A stretch of DNA of 64,000 bases, taken from contig CM059425.1 of the NCBI GenBank assembly GCA_030390025.1, forward strand, positions 178,190,001-178,254,000, given 5' to 3'. Source of the DNA: Squalus acanthias. Lineage: Eukaryota. Below the pieces are notes generated by a model. That model had not been told where the DNA came from. It was given only the letters and a program-made list of their open reading frames with translations, and ran no database searches. This document shows, in pieces, positions 51,384 through 62,618 of the stretch (within the stretch, counting starts at the first letter, position 1; each line of letters starts with the position of its first letter). The position numbers and the translations under genes are program-made.

Positions 51384-52382
51384 GGCCCGGAACTTGCAGT
51401 TATAACTTGCAGGGGAGTTATCCCCGGTGTCCTGGCCAACATTTATCCCTCAACCAACATAACAAAAACAGATTATCTGGTCATTATCACATTGCTGTTT
51501 GTGGGAGCTTGCTGTGTGCAAATTGGTTGCCGCGTTTCCACATTACAACAGTGACTCCACTTCAAAAAGTACTTCATTGGCTGTAAAGCGCTTTGAGATG
51601 TTCGGTGGTCTGTGAAAAACGCTATATAAATGCAAGTCTTTCTTTAATGACAGCAAAACTGTTAGCGTTCGTCGTCATTACTGTGTAAAGCTGACAGCAA
51701 GTTCTGGAGTCTGCACATGCCCATTTAAAAGCAGAAATCCTGAAGTTGCTGTCAGTGATACCCTACTCCTCCACAGGGTGCGCTGCTTCAGTCCTCACAG
51801 ATGGAAATCAATTAAAATCACTGAATTGACGTGAACTTCCACTTTTTATGCACTATTCACACTCTAAAATCCCTTAAAAAAGTTAAGCCTTGTTGAATGA
51901 AGGGTAACTGATTTGTTAACGGTGTACTAAGTCATGATTATGGATGGCCCTGAAAAAAACAATGTTATATTTGTGGAAAGTCAAATTTCTCCATTATGAT
52001 AAAAACTCCTAGGTTTTTAAAATAATAAAAATATTTTTTTTTAAGTTTGTTTATAATATTTCAACTTCTACTTTAATCCCATGTGTATGGCCCAATCTTT
52101 ATTTTGCTCTCTGTAAAATGATTAATAAATGAAGGATAATCAGTGCTTTTTACTTGCTGGTTTGCTGTCAGTGAGAATTCTTCAATGTGATTGGCTGCAT
52201 AGCCTGCTTGATGACATCACTGTTACAGGAGGCTGGAGATCCCCTATAGGTGATGCCAGGATGAAATTAACATGGGGAAAGGTGAAATCCACACCGCAGA
52301 GATTGCTAGATCTTTGTGGGCAGCTTTCTTCGAGGTCAGCGGCGAGCGGCATCACTTCGCCGCTGACCAATAAATCCAGGCC
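51384..52382. mobile_element. Harbinger-type MITE family A (inverted) containing a SINE
   Basis: GGCCCGGAACTT / AAATCCAGGCC; body is inverse-similar to 31371-32133. Confidence 0.75.
51410..51645 (+). mobile_element. Deu-domain-type SINE, 5'-truncated, with L2-like tail
   Basis: ccccggtgtcctggccaa...ttgctgtgtgcaaattggttgccgcgtttcc...aaagcgctttgag...gctatataaatgcaagt. Confidence 0.75.
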
Positions 52383-52664
52383 AAAATGTGTTTGCATGAA
52401 ATTCTTCTGTCTATTTAAAAAAAGGCACTAACCCAAAAAATAAATGGCTTCATGCCTTTGTTATTAATAATTGCACTGCACAATTGCAACCCCACATATT
52501 GTGGGCATGTCATATGGCATGATTAATAACAATATCAAGAATTTAAGGCTGTCACACGTCTACAGTCCTTTTTCTCAGTAGTGCCACCAGACATTTCTAA
52601 AACAAAAATTAGACACCGATGGATATATTGCCCTCTTTTTCTCAACTAGATTTAATGGGGTGGA

Positions 52665-54040
52665 TTTTTTTAAATTCGTTCATGGGATGTGGGCGTCGCT
52701 GGCAAGGCCAGCATTTATTGCCCATCCCTAATTGCCCTTGAGAACCGCCTTCTTGAACCGCTGCAGTCCTTGTGGTGAAGGTACTCCCACAGTGCTGTTA
52801 GGGAGGGAGTTCCAGGATTTTGACCCAGTGATGATGAAGGGACGATGATATATTTCCAAGAATTTGAATTCAGTTAAATAGATAAATCTGGAATTTAAAA
52901 AAAAAAGCAAGTATCAGTAATGGTGACCATGAAACTACCAGATTCTCGTAAAAACCAATCTGGTTCACTCATGTCCTTTAGGGAAGGATATCTGCCGTCC
53001 TTACCTGGTCTGGCCTATATGTGACTCCAGACCCACAGCAATGTGGTTGACTCTTAACTGCCCTCTGAAATGGCCTAGCAAGCCACTCATTTGTACCAAA
53101 CTGCTATGACAAAGTCAGCACTGTGGGAGTACCTTCACCAGAAGGCTGCAGCAGTTCAAGAACCACCACCTTCTCAAGGGCAATTAGGCATAGGCAATAA
53201 ATGCCGACCTTGCCAGCGATGCCCACATCCCTTGAACGAATAAATTTTAAAAAAGGTCAGATGGTGTGTAACTTTGAGGTGATGTTGTTCCCATGAGCCT
53301 GCTGACCTTGTCCATCTAGGTAGTAGAGGTTGTGGGTTTGGGAGGCTCCGTCGATGAAGACTTGGCGAGTTGCTGCAGTGCATCTTGTAGATGGTACACA
53401 CTGCAGCCACGGTGCGCCGGTGGTGGAGGGAGTAAATGTTTAAGATGGTGGATGGGGTGCCAATCAAGCGGGCTGCTTTGTCCTGGATGGTATTGAGCTT
53501 CTTAGGTGTTGTTGGAGCTGCTCTCATCCAGGCAAGTGGAGAGTATTCCATCACACTCCTTACTTGTGCCTTGTAGACGGTGGAATGGCTTTGGGGAGTC
53601 AGGAGGTCAGACACTCGCCGCAGAATACCTAGTCTCTGACCTGCTCTTGTAGCCACAGTATTTATGTGGCTGGTTCAGTTAAATTTCTGGCCAATGGTAG
53701 CCCCCAGGATATTGATGGTGGGGGATTCGGCGATGGTAATCCCATTGAATGTCAAGGGGAGGTAGTTAGACTCTCTCTTGTTGGAAATAGTCATTGGTGG
53801 CATTTGTGTGGCATGAATGATAAGTAGTTGCCACTTATTGGCCCAAGCCTGAATGTTGTCCCGGTTCCTGAGGAACTCCTGCAGAAATGTCCTGGGGCTG
53901 AGATGATTGACCCCAACAACCACAACCATCTTCCTTTGTGCTGGGTATGGCTCCAGCCAGTGAAGAATTTCCCCGATTCCCATTGACTTCAATTTTACGA
54001 GGGCTCCTTGATGCCACACTCGGTCAAATGCTGCCTTGAT
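52665..54040 (-). mobile_element. LINE family 2 3' portion with deletions, interrupted by its partner SINE
   Basis: IKAAFDRVWH...MATRAGQRLGILRR; 3' UTR at 52665-52860. Confidence 0.88.
52861..53255 (+). mobile_element. SINE-like non-autonomous partner of LINE family 2
   Basis: 52968-53113 matches the LINE leader (35742-35884, minus); 53117-53245 matches the LINE 3' end; A-rich tail. Confidence 0.8.
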
Positions 54041-54348
54041 TTCCATGGGGAGTCTTCCAATCGTCGACTGTAACTTGGGCAGAAGATCCATTGAAACTCC
54101 AGAGAAATGGTGTTTAAGGCTGCCAATGAAATGGCAGGTGCATCTGATTGTTCTTTGGCCAATTACATGCAACACCAATTTGAAAATGGGGACAACAGAA
54201 AAGTAGCCAAAAATCGCATTTGTAATAATGCTAATTTCACAGTTCTCAGTAAGCTAAATTAGCATATTATCAGCATAAATGGCAACTATTTCATTTATCT
54301 AGCTGAGCGCAAAAATTAGTCAAAGTGCCCCAACAAGCATTTTGTAAA

Positions 54349-56798
54349 AAATAACAACAGAAAATGCTGGAAAAACTCAGCAGGCCAGGCAGCATCCGTG
54401 AAGAGAGAAACAGAGTTAACGTTTCAGGTCGAAGACCTTACGTCAGAACTGGAAAAAAGCAGGAAATGAAATAGATTTAAAGCAAGTATAAAGCTGGGAA
54501 AAGGGGGAGGGGATGAAAGAACAAAAGGAGAGATTAAGAGACATTAAGAGATAATCAAGGCAAGAGGAGGTGTTAATGTGACAGGTTGAGGCTAAAAGAA
54601 GTGTGAAATGCACTGGCAGAATGAAGGACAGCTGCCAGCTTCTGGGAGGAAAAAAAAGGGGGGGGCAAACAAAAGGGTGGATGAAAAAATAAAATATAAA
54701 TGTGATAGGGGCCGAGGTTATGATCTAAAATTGTTGAACTCGATGTTGAGTCCAGAGGGCTGTAGGATGCCTAAACGAAAGATGAGGTGCTGTTCCTCAA
54801 GCTTACGCTGAGCTTCTGTGGAACAGTGTAATAGGCCGAGGACGGTGAGGTCAGAGTGGGAGTGGAGCGGAGAATTAAAGTGACAGACCACCGGGAGCTC
54901 GGGGTCCCCCTTACAGACTGAACGGAGGTGTTCCGCAAAGTGGTCACCCAATCTGCGTTTGGTCTCCCCAATGTAGAGGAGACCACATCGTGAGCAGCGA
55001 ATACAGTATACTAAATTGCAGGAAGTACAAGTAAATCACTGTTTCGCCTGGAAGGGGTGTTTGGGGCCCTGGACAGTGGGAAGAGGGGAGGTATAAGGGC
55101 ATGTGTTGCATCTCCTGCGCTTGCACGGGAAGGTGCCGGGCGAAGGGGAAGGGGTGCTGGGGGTGGTAGAGGAGTGGACTAGGGTGTCGCGGAGGGAGCA
55201 GTCCCTGCGGAATGCTGAAAGGGGAGGTGAGGGGAAGATGCGTTTGGTGGTGGGATCACGCTGGAAATGGCGGAGGATGATCCGTTGAATGTGGAGGCTG
55301 GTGGGGTGAAAGGTGAGGACAAGGGGAACTCTATTGTGGTTCCGGGAGGGAGGGGCAGGGGTGAGGGCAGAAGTGCGGGAGATAGAACGGACACGGTCGA
55401 GGGCCGTGTCAACCACAGTAGAGGGGAATCCTCGGTTGAGGAAAAAGGAAGACATGTCGGAAGCACTGGTATGGAAGGTGACATCGTCAGAGCAGATGCG
55501 GCGGAGACGGAGAAACTGGGAGAATGGAATAGAGTCCTTACAGGAGGCGGGGTGGGAGGAAGTGTAGTCCAGGTAGCTGTGGGAGTCAGTGGGCTTGTAG
55601 TGAATGTTAGTCAATAACCTATCCCCAGAGATGGAGACGGAGAAGTCGAGGAAGGGAAAGGAAGAGTCGGAGATGGACCATGTGAAGGTGAGGGAAGGGT
55701 GAAAATTGGAAGCATAGTGAATGAAATGTTCTAGTTCAGGGCGAGAGCAGGAGACGGCACCGATACAGTCATCAATGTACTGTACCAGAAAAAGAGGTGA
55801 GGGAGGGGACCCGAGTAGGACTGGAACAAAGAGTGTTCCACATATCCCACAAAAAGGCAGGCATAGCTAGGACCCATGCGGGTACCCATAGCAACACCTT
55901 TGATTTGGAGGAAATGGGTGGAGTCAAAGGAGAAGTTGTTCAATGTGAGAACAAGTTCAGCCAGGCGGAGGAGGGTGGTGGTGGATGGGGACTGGTTGGG
56001 CCTCTGTTCAAGGAAGAAGCGGAGCACCCTCAGGCCATCCTGGTGGGGAATGGAGGTGTAGAGGGATTGTACGTCCATAGTGAAAAGGAGGCGGTTGGGG
56101 CCGGGAAACTGGAAACTGTTAAAGTGGCGGAGGGCGTCGGAAGAGTCGCGGATGTAGGTGGGAAGAGACTGGACAAGGGGAGAAAAAATAGAGTCGAGAT
56201 AGGAAGAGATAAGTTCCGTGGGGCAAGAACAGGCTGAAATGATGGGTCTACCGGGGCAGTCCTGTTTGTGGATCTTGGGAAGGAGGTAGGAGCGGGCTGT
56301 ACGGGGTTGGGGAACTATGAGGTTGGTGGCCATGGGGGGAAGGTCTCCAGAGGAGATGAGGTCAGTGACGGTCTTGGAAATGGTGGCTTGATGTTCGGTA
56401 GTGGGGTCATGGTCCAGGTAAAGGTAGGAGGAGGTGTCGGAGAGTTGGCGTTCAGCTTCCGCTAGGTAGAGGTCGGTACGCCAAACAACAACAGCACCAC
56501 CCTTGTCAGCAGGTTTAATGACAATGTCGGGGTTGGATCTGAGGGAATAGAGTGCGGCAAGTTCAGAGGGAAGTAGGTTGGAGTGAGAGAGGGGAGCAGA
56601 GAAATTGAGACGGCCGATGTCACGCCGGCAGTTAGCAATGAAAAGATCTAGAGAGGGTAAGAGGCCAAAGGGAGGGGTCCAGGTAGAACGGGAATTCTGA
56701 AAGCGGGAGAAAGGGTCAGCCGTGCGGGGGGAAGACTCCTGGCCAAAGAAGTGGGCACGGAGGCGAAGGCGGCGGAAAAAGAGCTCAGCATCGTGCCG
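54349..56798 (-). mobile_element. Penelope-like element family 2, 5'-truncated, disrupted RT-GIY-YIG ORF
   Basis: IKPADKGG, LPKIHK, DVQSLYTSIP, GVAMGT, GIY-YIG; TSD agcattttgtaaa at 54336-48 and 56799-811. Confidence 0.95.
54414..54450 (-). ncRNA. Hammerhead ribozyme with degenerate core
   Basis: aguu-CUGACGU-aaggucuucgaccu-GAAA-cGUU-aacu; the conserved A of CUGANGA is U. Confidence 0.6.
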
Positions 56799-57504
56799 AG
56801 CATTTTGTAAAGCCTGTTTTACAGATTGGGACATAGAGATCATGTTAAATAGCTTGACTAAAATGCATAGTGCTCTGACCCACCTCCCGATCACAACTCT
56901 AAAATGACTGATAATTGCAGCCCCACCAGGTCTGCTGACAAGAGTTATATCAAGTCAGGATGGGTCCAGACAGGTTAGTAAAAGCAAGATTTGGTAGGGG
57001 TAGGTTAATGGGGGCGAGGCAGGGAGTGGGGAATGTGGCTGCATGCCACTTAAATCTGACACTGATTTTCTTTTCAACAATAAATATTAGCTTGAGCATT
57101 TTAGAATGGCTAACATTCTAATTAGAGGTTCAGAACATTTCTTTGTTTTTGTTCGCTTTTGCACAATCCTCTGTAATTTTATCACTATTGGCCTTCAACC
57201 AGGCTTTCATAGCCCTATTTAAAAATTCAGGTCTATGCTAGATATTCTTTTGGGCTCAGTGTCACTGTTTCTTGCATAAGTGAACTTTGCCTCCCTTACA
57301 ATGAAGAATTTACCTTTACTGCCCAATATCTAGTCATGTGATAGCATAACCCAGGGTTATAATAATGAACCGACGCACCGACGCACTCTATCTCAAAGCT
57401 GTCTGGGTCCACAGTTCCATTTCATCCTTAGACTCATCCGACGCTTCAACAAAAAACTTTTCTTCTTCCTTTCCGATGTCAAGGATCGCAAGCTTCAACA
57501 ACTC

Positions 57505-59580
57505 TTGGACACTAAAGCCCCTCCGGAACCTTCTTCCCCTTCACTTTCCTCTGACCCCCCTTCTCCCAATCTCACCCCCTGCCGCGTTTTCACTATCCCC
57601 TCTGACCTTCCCCTCTCTGACTCCGAACGATCAGTCCTCAGCAAAGGCCTGAGCTTCATCCCCTTACGCCCCCATCTCAATGAATTTCGAGCTCGGCACG
57701 ATGCTGAGCTCTTTTTCCGCCGCCTCCGTCTCCGTGCCCACTTCTCTGGCCAGGAGTCTTCCCCCCGCACGGCTGACCCTTTCTCCCGCTTTCAGAATTC
57801 TCGTTCCACCTGGACCCCTCCCTCTGGCCTCTTACCCTCTCTTGATCTTTTCATTGCTAACTGCCGCCGTGACATCGGCCAGCTCAATTTCTCTGCTCCC
57901 CTCACTCACTCCAACCTACCTCCCTCTGAACTTGCAGCACTCCATTCTCTCCGATCCAACCCTGACATTGTCATTAAACCTGCTGACAAGGGTGGCGCTG
58001 TTGTTGTTTGGCGAACCGACCTCTACCTAGCGGAAGTTGAACGCCAACTCTCTGACACCTCCTCCTACCTCCACCTGGACCATGACCCCACTACCGAACA
58101 TCAAGCCACCGTGTCCAAGACTGTCACTGACCTCATCTCCTCTGGAGATCTTCCCCCCACGGCCGCCTACCTCATAGTTCCCCAACCCCGCACAGCCCGC
58201 TTCTACCTCCTTCCCAAGATCCACAAACAGGACTGCCCCGGTAGACCCATCGTTTCAGCCTGTTCTTGCCCCACGGAACTTATCTCTTCCTATCTCGACT
58301 CTATTTTTTCTCCCCTTGTCCAGTCTCTTCCCACCTACATCCGCGACTCTTCCGATGCCCTCCGCCATTTTAACAGTTTCCAGTTTCCCGGCCCCAACCG
58401 TCTCCTCTTCACTATGGACGTACAATCCCTCTACACCTCCATTCCCCACCAGGATGGCCTGAGGGCGCTCCGCTTCTTCCTTGAACAGAGGCCCAACCAG
58501 TCCCCATCCACCACCACCCTCCTCCGCCTGGCTGAACTTGTTCTCACATTGAACAACTTCTCCTTTGACTCTACCCATTTCCTCCAAATTAAAGGTGTTG
58601 CTATGGGTACCCGCATGGGTCCTAGCTATGCCTGCCTTTTCGTGGGATATGTGGAACACTCTTTGTTCCAGTCCTACTCGGGTCCCCTCCCTCACCTCTT
58701 TTTCCGGTACATTGATGACTGTATCGGTGCCGTCTCCTGCTCTCGCCCTGAACTAGAACATTTCATTCACTATGCTTCCAATTTCCACCCTTCCCTCACC
58801 TTCACATGGTCCATCTCCGACTCTTCCTTTCCCTTCCTCGACTTCTCCATCTCCATCTCTGGGGATAGGTTATTGACTAACATTCACTACAAGCCCACCG
58901 ACTCCCACAGCTACCTGGACTACACTTCCTCCCACCCCGCCTCCTGTAAGGACTCTATTCCATTCTCCCAGTTTCTCCGTCTCCGCCGCATCTGCTCTGA
59001 TGATGCCACCTTCCATACCAGTGCTTCCGACATGTCACGGGTTGCAAAGAAGGGAGGGAAAAAGAGTGGCAGGGCTATAGTAATAGGGGATTCGATTGTA
59101 AGGGGATTAGATAGGAGTTTCTGTGGTCGCGACCGAGACTCCAGGATGGTAATTTGCCTCCCTGGTGCAAGGGTCAAGGATGTCTCGGCACGGGTGCAGA
59201 ACATTCTGGAGGGGGAGGGGGAACAGCCAGTTGTCGTGATACATGTTGGTACCAACGACGTAGCTAAAAAAAGGGAAGAGGTCCTACAAGTAGAATTTAG
59301 GGAGTTAGGAGCCAAGCTAAAAAGTAGGACCTCGAAGGTAGTAATCTCTGGATTACTACCAGTGCCACGTGCTAGTAAGAGTACAGAGAACAGGATAGTT
59401 AGGCTAAATACGTGGCTTGAGCAGTGGTGTAAGAGGGAGGGTTTTAAATTTTTGAGGCATTGGGACCAGTTTTGTGGTAGGTGTGACCTATACAAAAGGG
59501 ACGGTCTACACCTGTGCAAAGATGGAACTGATGTTCTCGGGGTAAATTTTGATAAAGCAGTTCGGGAGCATTTAAACTAG
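57505..59580 (+). other. Chimeric 691-aa ORF: Penelope RT fused in frame to the CR1 ORF1 SGNH esterase
   Basis: Junction ...HTSASDMS|RVAKKGGKKSGRAIVIGDS at 59036/59037; the ORF-track start is TTG, not ATG. Confidence 0.9.
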
Positions 59581-62500
59581 TATGGCAGGGGGCTAGAAAC
59601 CCATGTAGTGAAATAGAGGAAAGTGAAAGGCAGACAGAAATAAATGGTAAAAAGGAGAGGAACAAAAAACAAAGGGCCAAACTAATTCATAAAAAATGTG
59701 AGCATAAAAAAAGCCTGAGGGTTTTATACCTTAATGCGAGAAGCATCAGGAACAAGGTAGATGAATTAGCTGTGGAAATAGAGGTTAATAATTATGATCT
59801 AATTGGGATTACGGAAACATGGTTGCAGGGTGAGCAGGGCTGGGAGCTTAACATACAGGGGTATTCAGTATTTAGGAAGGATCGACAAAAAAGAAAGGGA
59901 GGAGGGGTAGCATTGCTGGTAAAAGAGGGGATAAATGCAATTGAAAGGAAGGATATTAACTCAGTTAATACAGAATCTATATGGGTGGAGCTAAGAAATA
60001 GCGAGGGGCGAAAAACATTAATAGGAGTGGTATATAGGCCTCCAAATAGTAAAATAGAGGTTGGGGAGGGCATCACGAGGGAAATTAGAGAAGCGTGCAA
60101 TAAGAGCACAGCTGTCATCATAGGTGACTTTAACTTACATATAGATTGGACTAGCCTAATCAGTAAAAATAATGAGGAGGAGGAATTCCTTGAGTGTTTA
60201 AGGGATGGTTATCTGGATCAATATGTCGAGGAACCAACTCGGGAACAGGCTATATTGGACTGGGTACTGTGCAATGAGAAGGGACTAATTAGTAATCTTG
60301 TTGTACGGGGACCCTTGGGTCAGAGCGATCATAACATGATCGATTTCTCACTCGAAATGGAGAGCGAAGAAATTGACTCAGAGACTCAGGTCCTGAATTT
60401 AAACAAGGGGAATTATGATGCCATTAGACGGGAACTGAGTAGGTCTGATTGGACAACGTTCCTGGGAGGACTGGAGGCAGATAAACAATGGCAAGCATTT
60501 AAAGATAGAATGACAAAATTGCAAAAATTGTTTATACCAATCTGGCATAAAAGGAAATCTAAAAAGGTGACTCAACCGTGGATAACAGGGGAAATTAGAG
60601 ACAGCATAAAATCCAAAGATAGGGCGTATAAAATAGCCAAAAAACGCGCCAGAGCGGAAGATTGGGAACAGTTTAAGATAGAGCAAAGGAGGGCAAAGGG
60701 CTTAATCAAGAAGGGCAAAATAGCTTACGAAAGCAAGCTGGCGGAAAATATAAAAACTAACTCCAAAAGCTTTTATAAGTATATCAAGAGGAAAAGACTG
60801 GTGAAAACCAAAGTTGGTCCATTGCAGTCAGATACGGGGGAATATATAATGGGAAATAAGGAAATGGCAGACCAACTAAATGCATACTTTGGGTCAGTCT
60901 TTACGAAGGAAGACACAAAAAACCTCCCTGGGATATCGGGAAAAATAGGGACATTGGCAAAGGAGGAACTGACGCAAATCAATATCTCTAAGGATATGGT
61001 GTTAAGGAAGCTAAAGGGATTGAAGGCGGACAAATCCCCAGGGCCTGATAACATGCATCCTAGGGTACTGAAGGAGGTGGCCCTAGAGATAGCGGATGCA
61101 CTAAGCATGATTTTTCAGAATTCATTAGACTCGGGAACAGTGCCCATGGATTGGAGGGTAGCTAACGTTACCCCACTATTCAAAAAGGGGGGTAGGGAAA
61201 AAGCAGGTAATTACAGACCTGTAAGCCTTACATCAGTTGTGGGCAAAATGCTGGAGTCCATCATTAAGGATGAAATAGCCGAGCACTTAGCAAATGGGGA
61301 CAGGATAGGACAGAGTCAACATGGATTTACAAAGGGTAAATCGTGCTTGACTAATCTATTGGAATTTTTTGAGGGAGTAACTGGTAAAATAGATGGGGGA
61401 GAGCCAGTAGATGTGGTGTACCTGGACTTCCAAAAGGCCTTCGATAAGGTCCCACATAAAAGATTAGCATGGAAAATTGAAGCTCATGGGATAAAGGGGA
61501 AAGTATTGACGTGGATAGAGAACTGGCTGTCAGATAGAAAACAGAGAGTTGGAATAAACGGCTCATTTTCTGAATGGCAGGCAGTAACAAGTGGGGTACC
61601 ACAGGGATCTGTCCTGGGTCCCCAGCTGTTCACAATTTATATTAATGACCTGGATCAGGGAGTCGAATGCAGCATTTCCAAATTTGCAGACGACACTAAA
61701 CTAGGAGGGGGGGTGGGCTCAGAGGAGGAGACCAGGAAGCTCCAGAGCGATTTGGACAGACTGGGTGATTGGGCGGATAAATGGCAGATGCACTATAATG
61801 TGGACAAGTGCGAAGTTATCCACCTTGGGTGCAGGAACGGGAGGGCAAATTATTATTTAAATGGCAATAAATTGGGAGAGGGGGAAGTACAGAGAGACCT
61901 GGGTGTTCTTGTACACCAGTCACTGAAGGCGAGCATGCAGGTGCAACAGGCGGTCAAGAAGGCAAACGGTATGCTGGCCTTCATAGCAAAAGGGTTGGAA
62001 TACAGGAACAGGGATACCTTGCTGCAGCTGTACAGGGCACTGGTGAGACCACACCTTGAGTACTGTGTACAGTTTTGGTCGCCTCATCTGAGGAAAGATG
62101 TTCTTGCCATGGAGGGGGTGCAGCGGCGATTCACCAGGCTGATACCAGGAATGGCGGGATTGACCTATGAGGAGAGACTATGTAGTTTAGGGATGTACAC
62201 ACTGGAGTTTAGAAGATTGAGAGGGGACCTCATAGAAGTGTATAAAATTCTGACAGGTCTAGACAGATTAGATGCAGAAGGAATGTTTCCCTTGGCAGGT
62301 GAGAACAGAACTAGAGGACATAATTTAAGGATAAGGGCTAAACCATTTAGGACAGAAATGAGGGGGAATTTCTTCACTCAGAGAGTGGTGAACCTGTGGA
62401 ACTCATTGCCACAGAGGGCAGTGTACGCCAGCTCATTAAATATATTTAAGAGGGAATTAGATATATTTCTACAGGCAAAAGGGGTTAAGGGTTACGGAGA

Positions 62501-62618
62501 GAAGGCGGGGACGGGATACTGAATTGAAGGATCAGCCATGATCTCATTAAATGGCGGAGCAGGCTCGAAGGGCCGGATGGCCTACTCCTGCTCCTATCTT
62601 CTATGTATCTATGTATCT
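59037..62618 (+). mobile_element. Young CR1 LINE, truncated within ORF1
   Basis: TSD atgtc at 59032-36 and 62619-23; (ctatgtat)n tail; no disablements seen. Confidence 0.96.
59571..62522 (+). CDS. Intact CR1 ORF2 (APE endonuclease plus reverse transcriptase); start mechanism unclear
   Basis: Frame open from 59556; YLNARS, GITETW, GDFN, SDH, QHGF, DFQKAFD, PQGS, FADD; first in-frame ATG only at 60336. Confidence 0.93.
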   Translation, partial: FKLVWQGARNPCSEIEESERQTEINGKKERNKKQRAKLIHKKCEHKKSLRVLYLNARSIRNKVDELAVEIEVNNYDLIGITETWLQGEQGWELNIQGYSVFRKDRQKRKGGGVALLVKEGINAIERKDINSVNTESIWVELRNSEGRKTLIGVVYRPPNSKIEVGEGITREIREACNKSTAVIIGDFNLHIDWTSLISKNNEEEEFLECLRDGYLDQYVEEPTREQAILDWVLCNEKGLISNLVVRGPLGQSDHNMIDFSLEMESEEIDSETQVLNLNKGNYDAIRRELSRSDWTTFLGGLEADKQWQAFKDRMTKLQKLFIPIWHKRKSKKVTQPWITGEIRDSIKSKDRAYKIAKKRARAEDWEQFKIEQRRAKGLIKKGKIAYESKLAENIKTNSKSFYKYIKRKRLVKTKVGPLQSDTGEYIMGNKEMADQLNAYFGSVFTKEDTKNLPGISGKIGTLAKEELTQINISKDMVLRKLKGLKADKSPGPDNMHPRVLKEVALEIADALSMIFQNSLDSGTVPMDWRVANVTPLFKKGGREKAGNYRPVSLTSVVGKMLESIIKDEIAEHLANGDRIGQSQHGFTKGKSCLTNLLEFFEGVTGKIDGGEPVDVVYLDFQKAFDKVPHKRLAWKIEAHGIKGKVLTWIENWLSDRKQRVGINGSFSEWQAVTSGVPQGSVLGPQLFTIYINDLDQGVECSISKFADDTKLGGGVGSEEETRKLQSDLDRLGDWADKWQMHYNVDKCEVIHLGCRNGRANYYLNGNKLGEGEVQRDLGVLVHQSLKASMQVQQAVKKANGMLAFIAKGLEYRNRDTLLQLYRALVRPHLEYCVQFWSPHLRKDVLAMEGVQRRFTRLIPGMAGLTYEERLCSLGMYTLEFRRLRGDLIEVYKILTGLDRLDAEGMFPLAGENRTRGHNLRIRAKPFRTEMRGNFFTQRVVNLWNSLPQRAVYASSLNIFKRELDIFLQAKGVKGYGEKAGTGY

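Noticed and set aside
58027..62377. Antisense ORFs over the Penelope and CR1 coding regions
   Set aside because: Shadow frames of the sense ORFs.
57505..62522. A new retroelement class or RT-esterase defence-like system
   Set aside because: The TSD, CR1 tail and uninterrupted sister copy show a nested insertion; kept only as a chimera finding.
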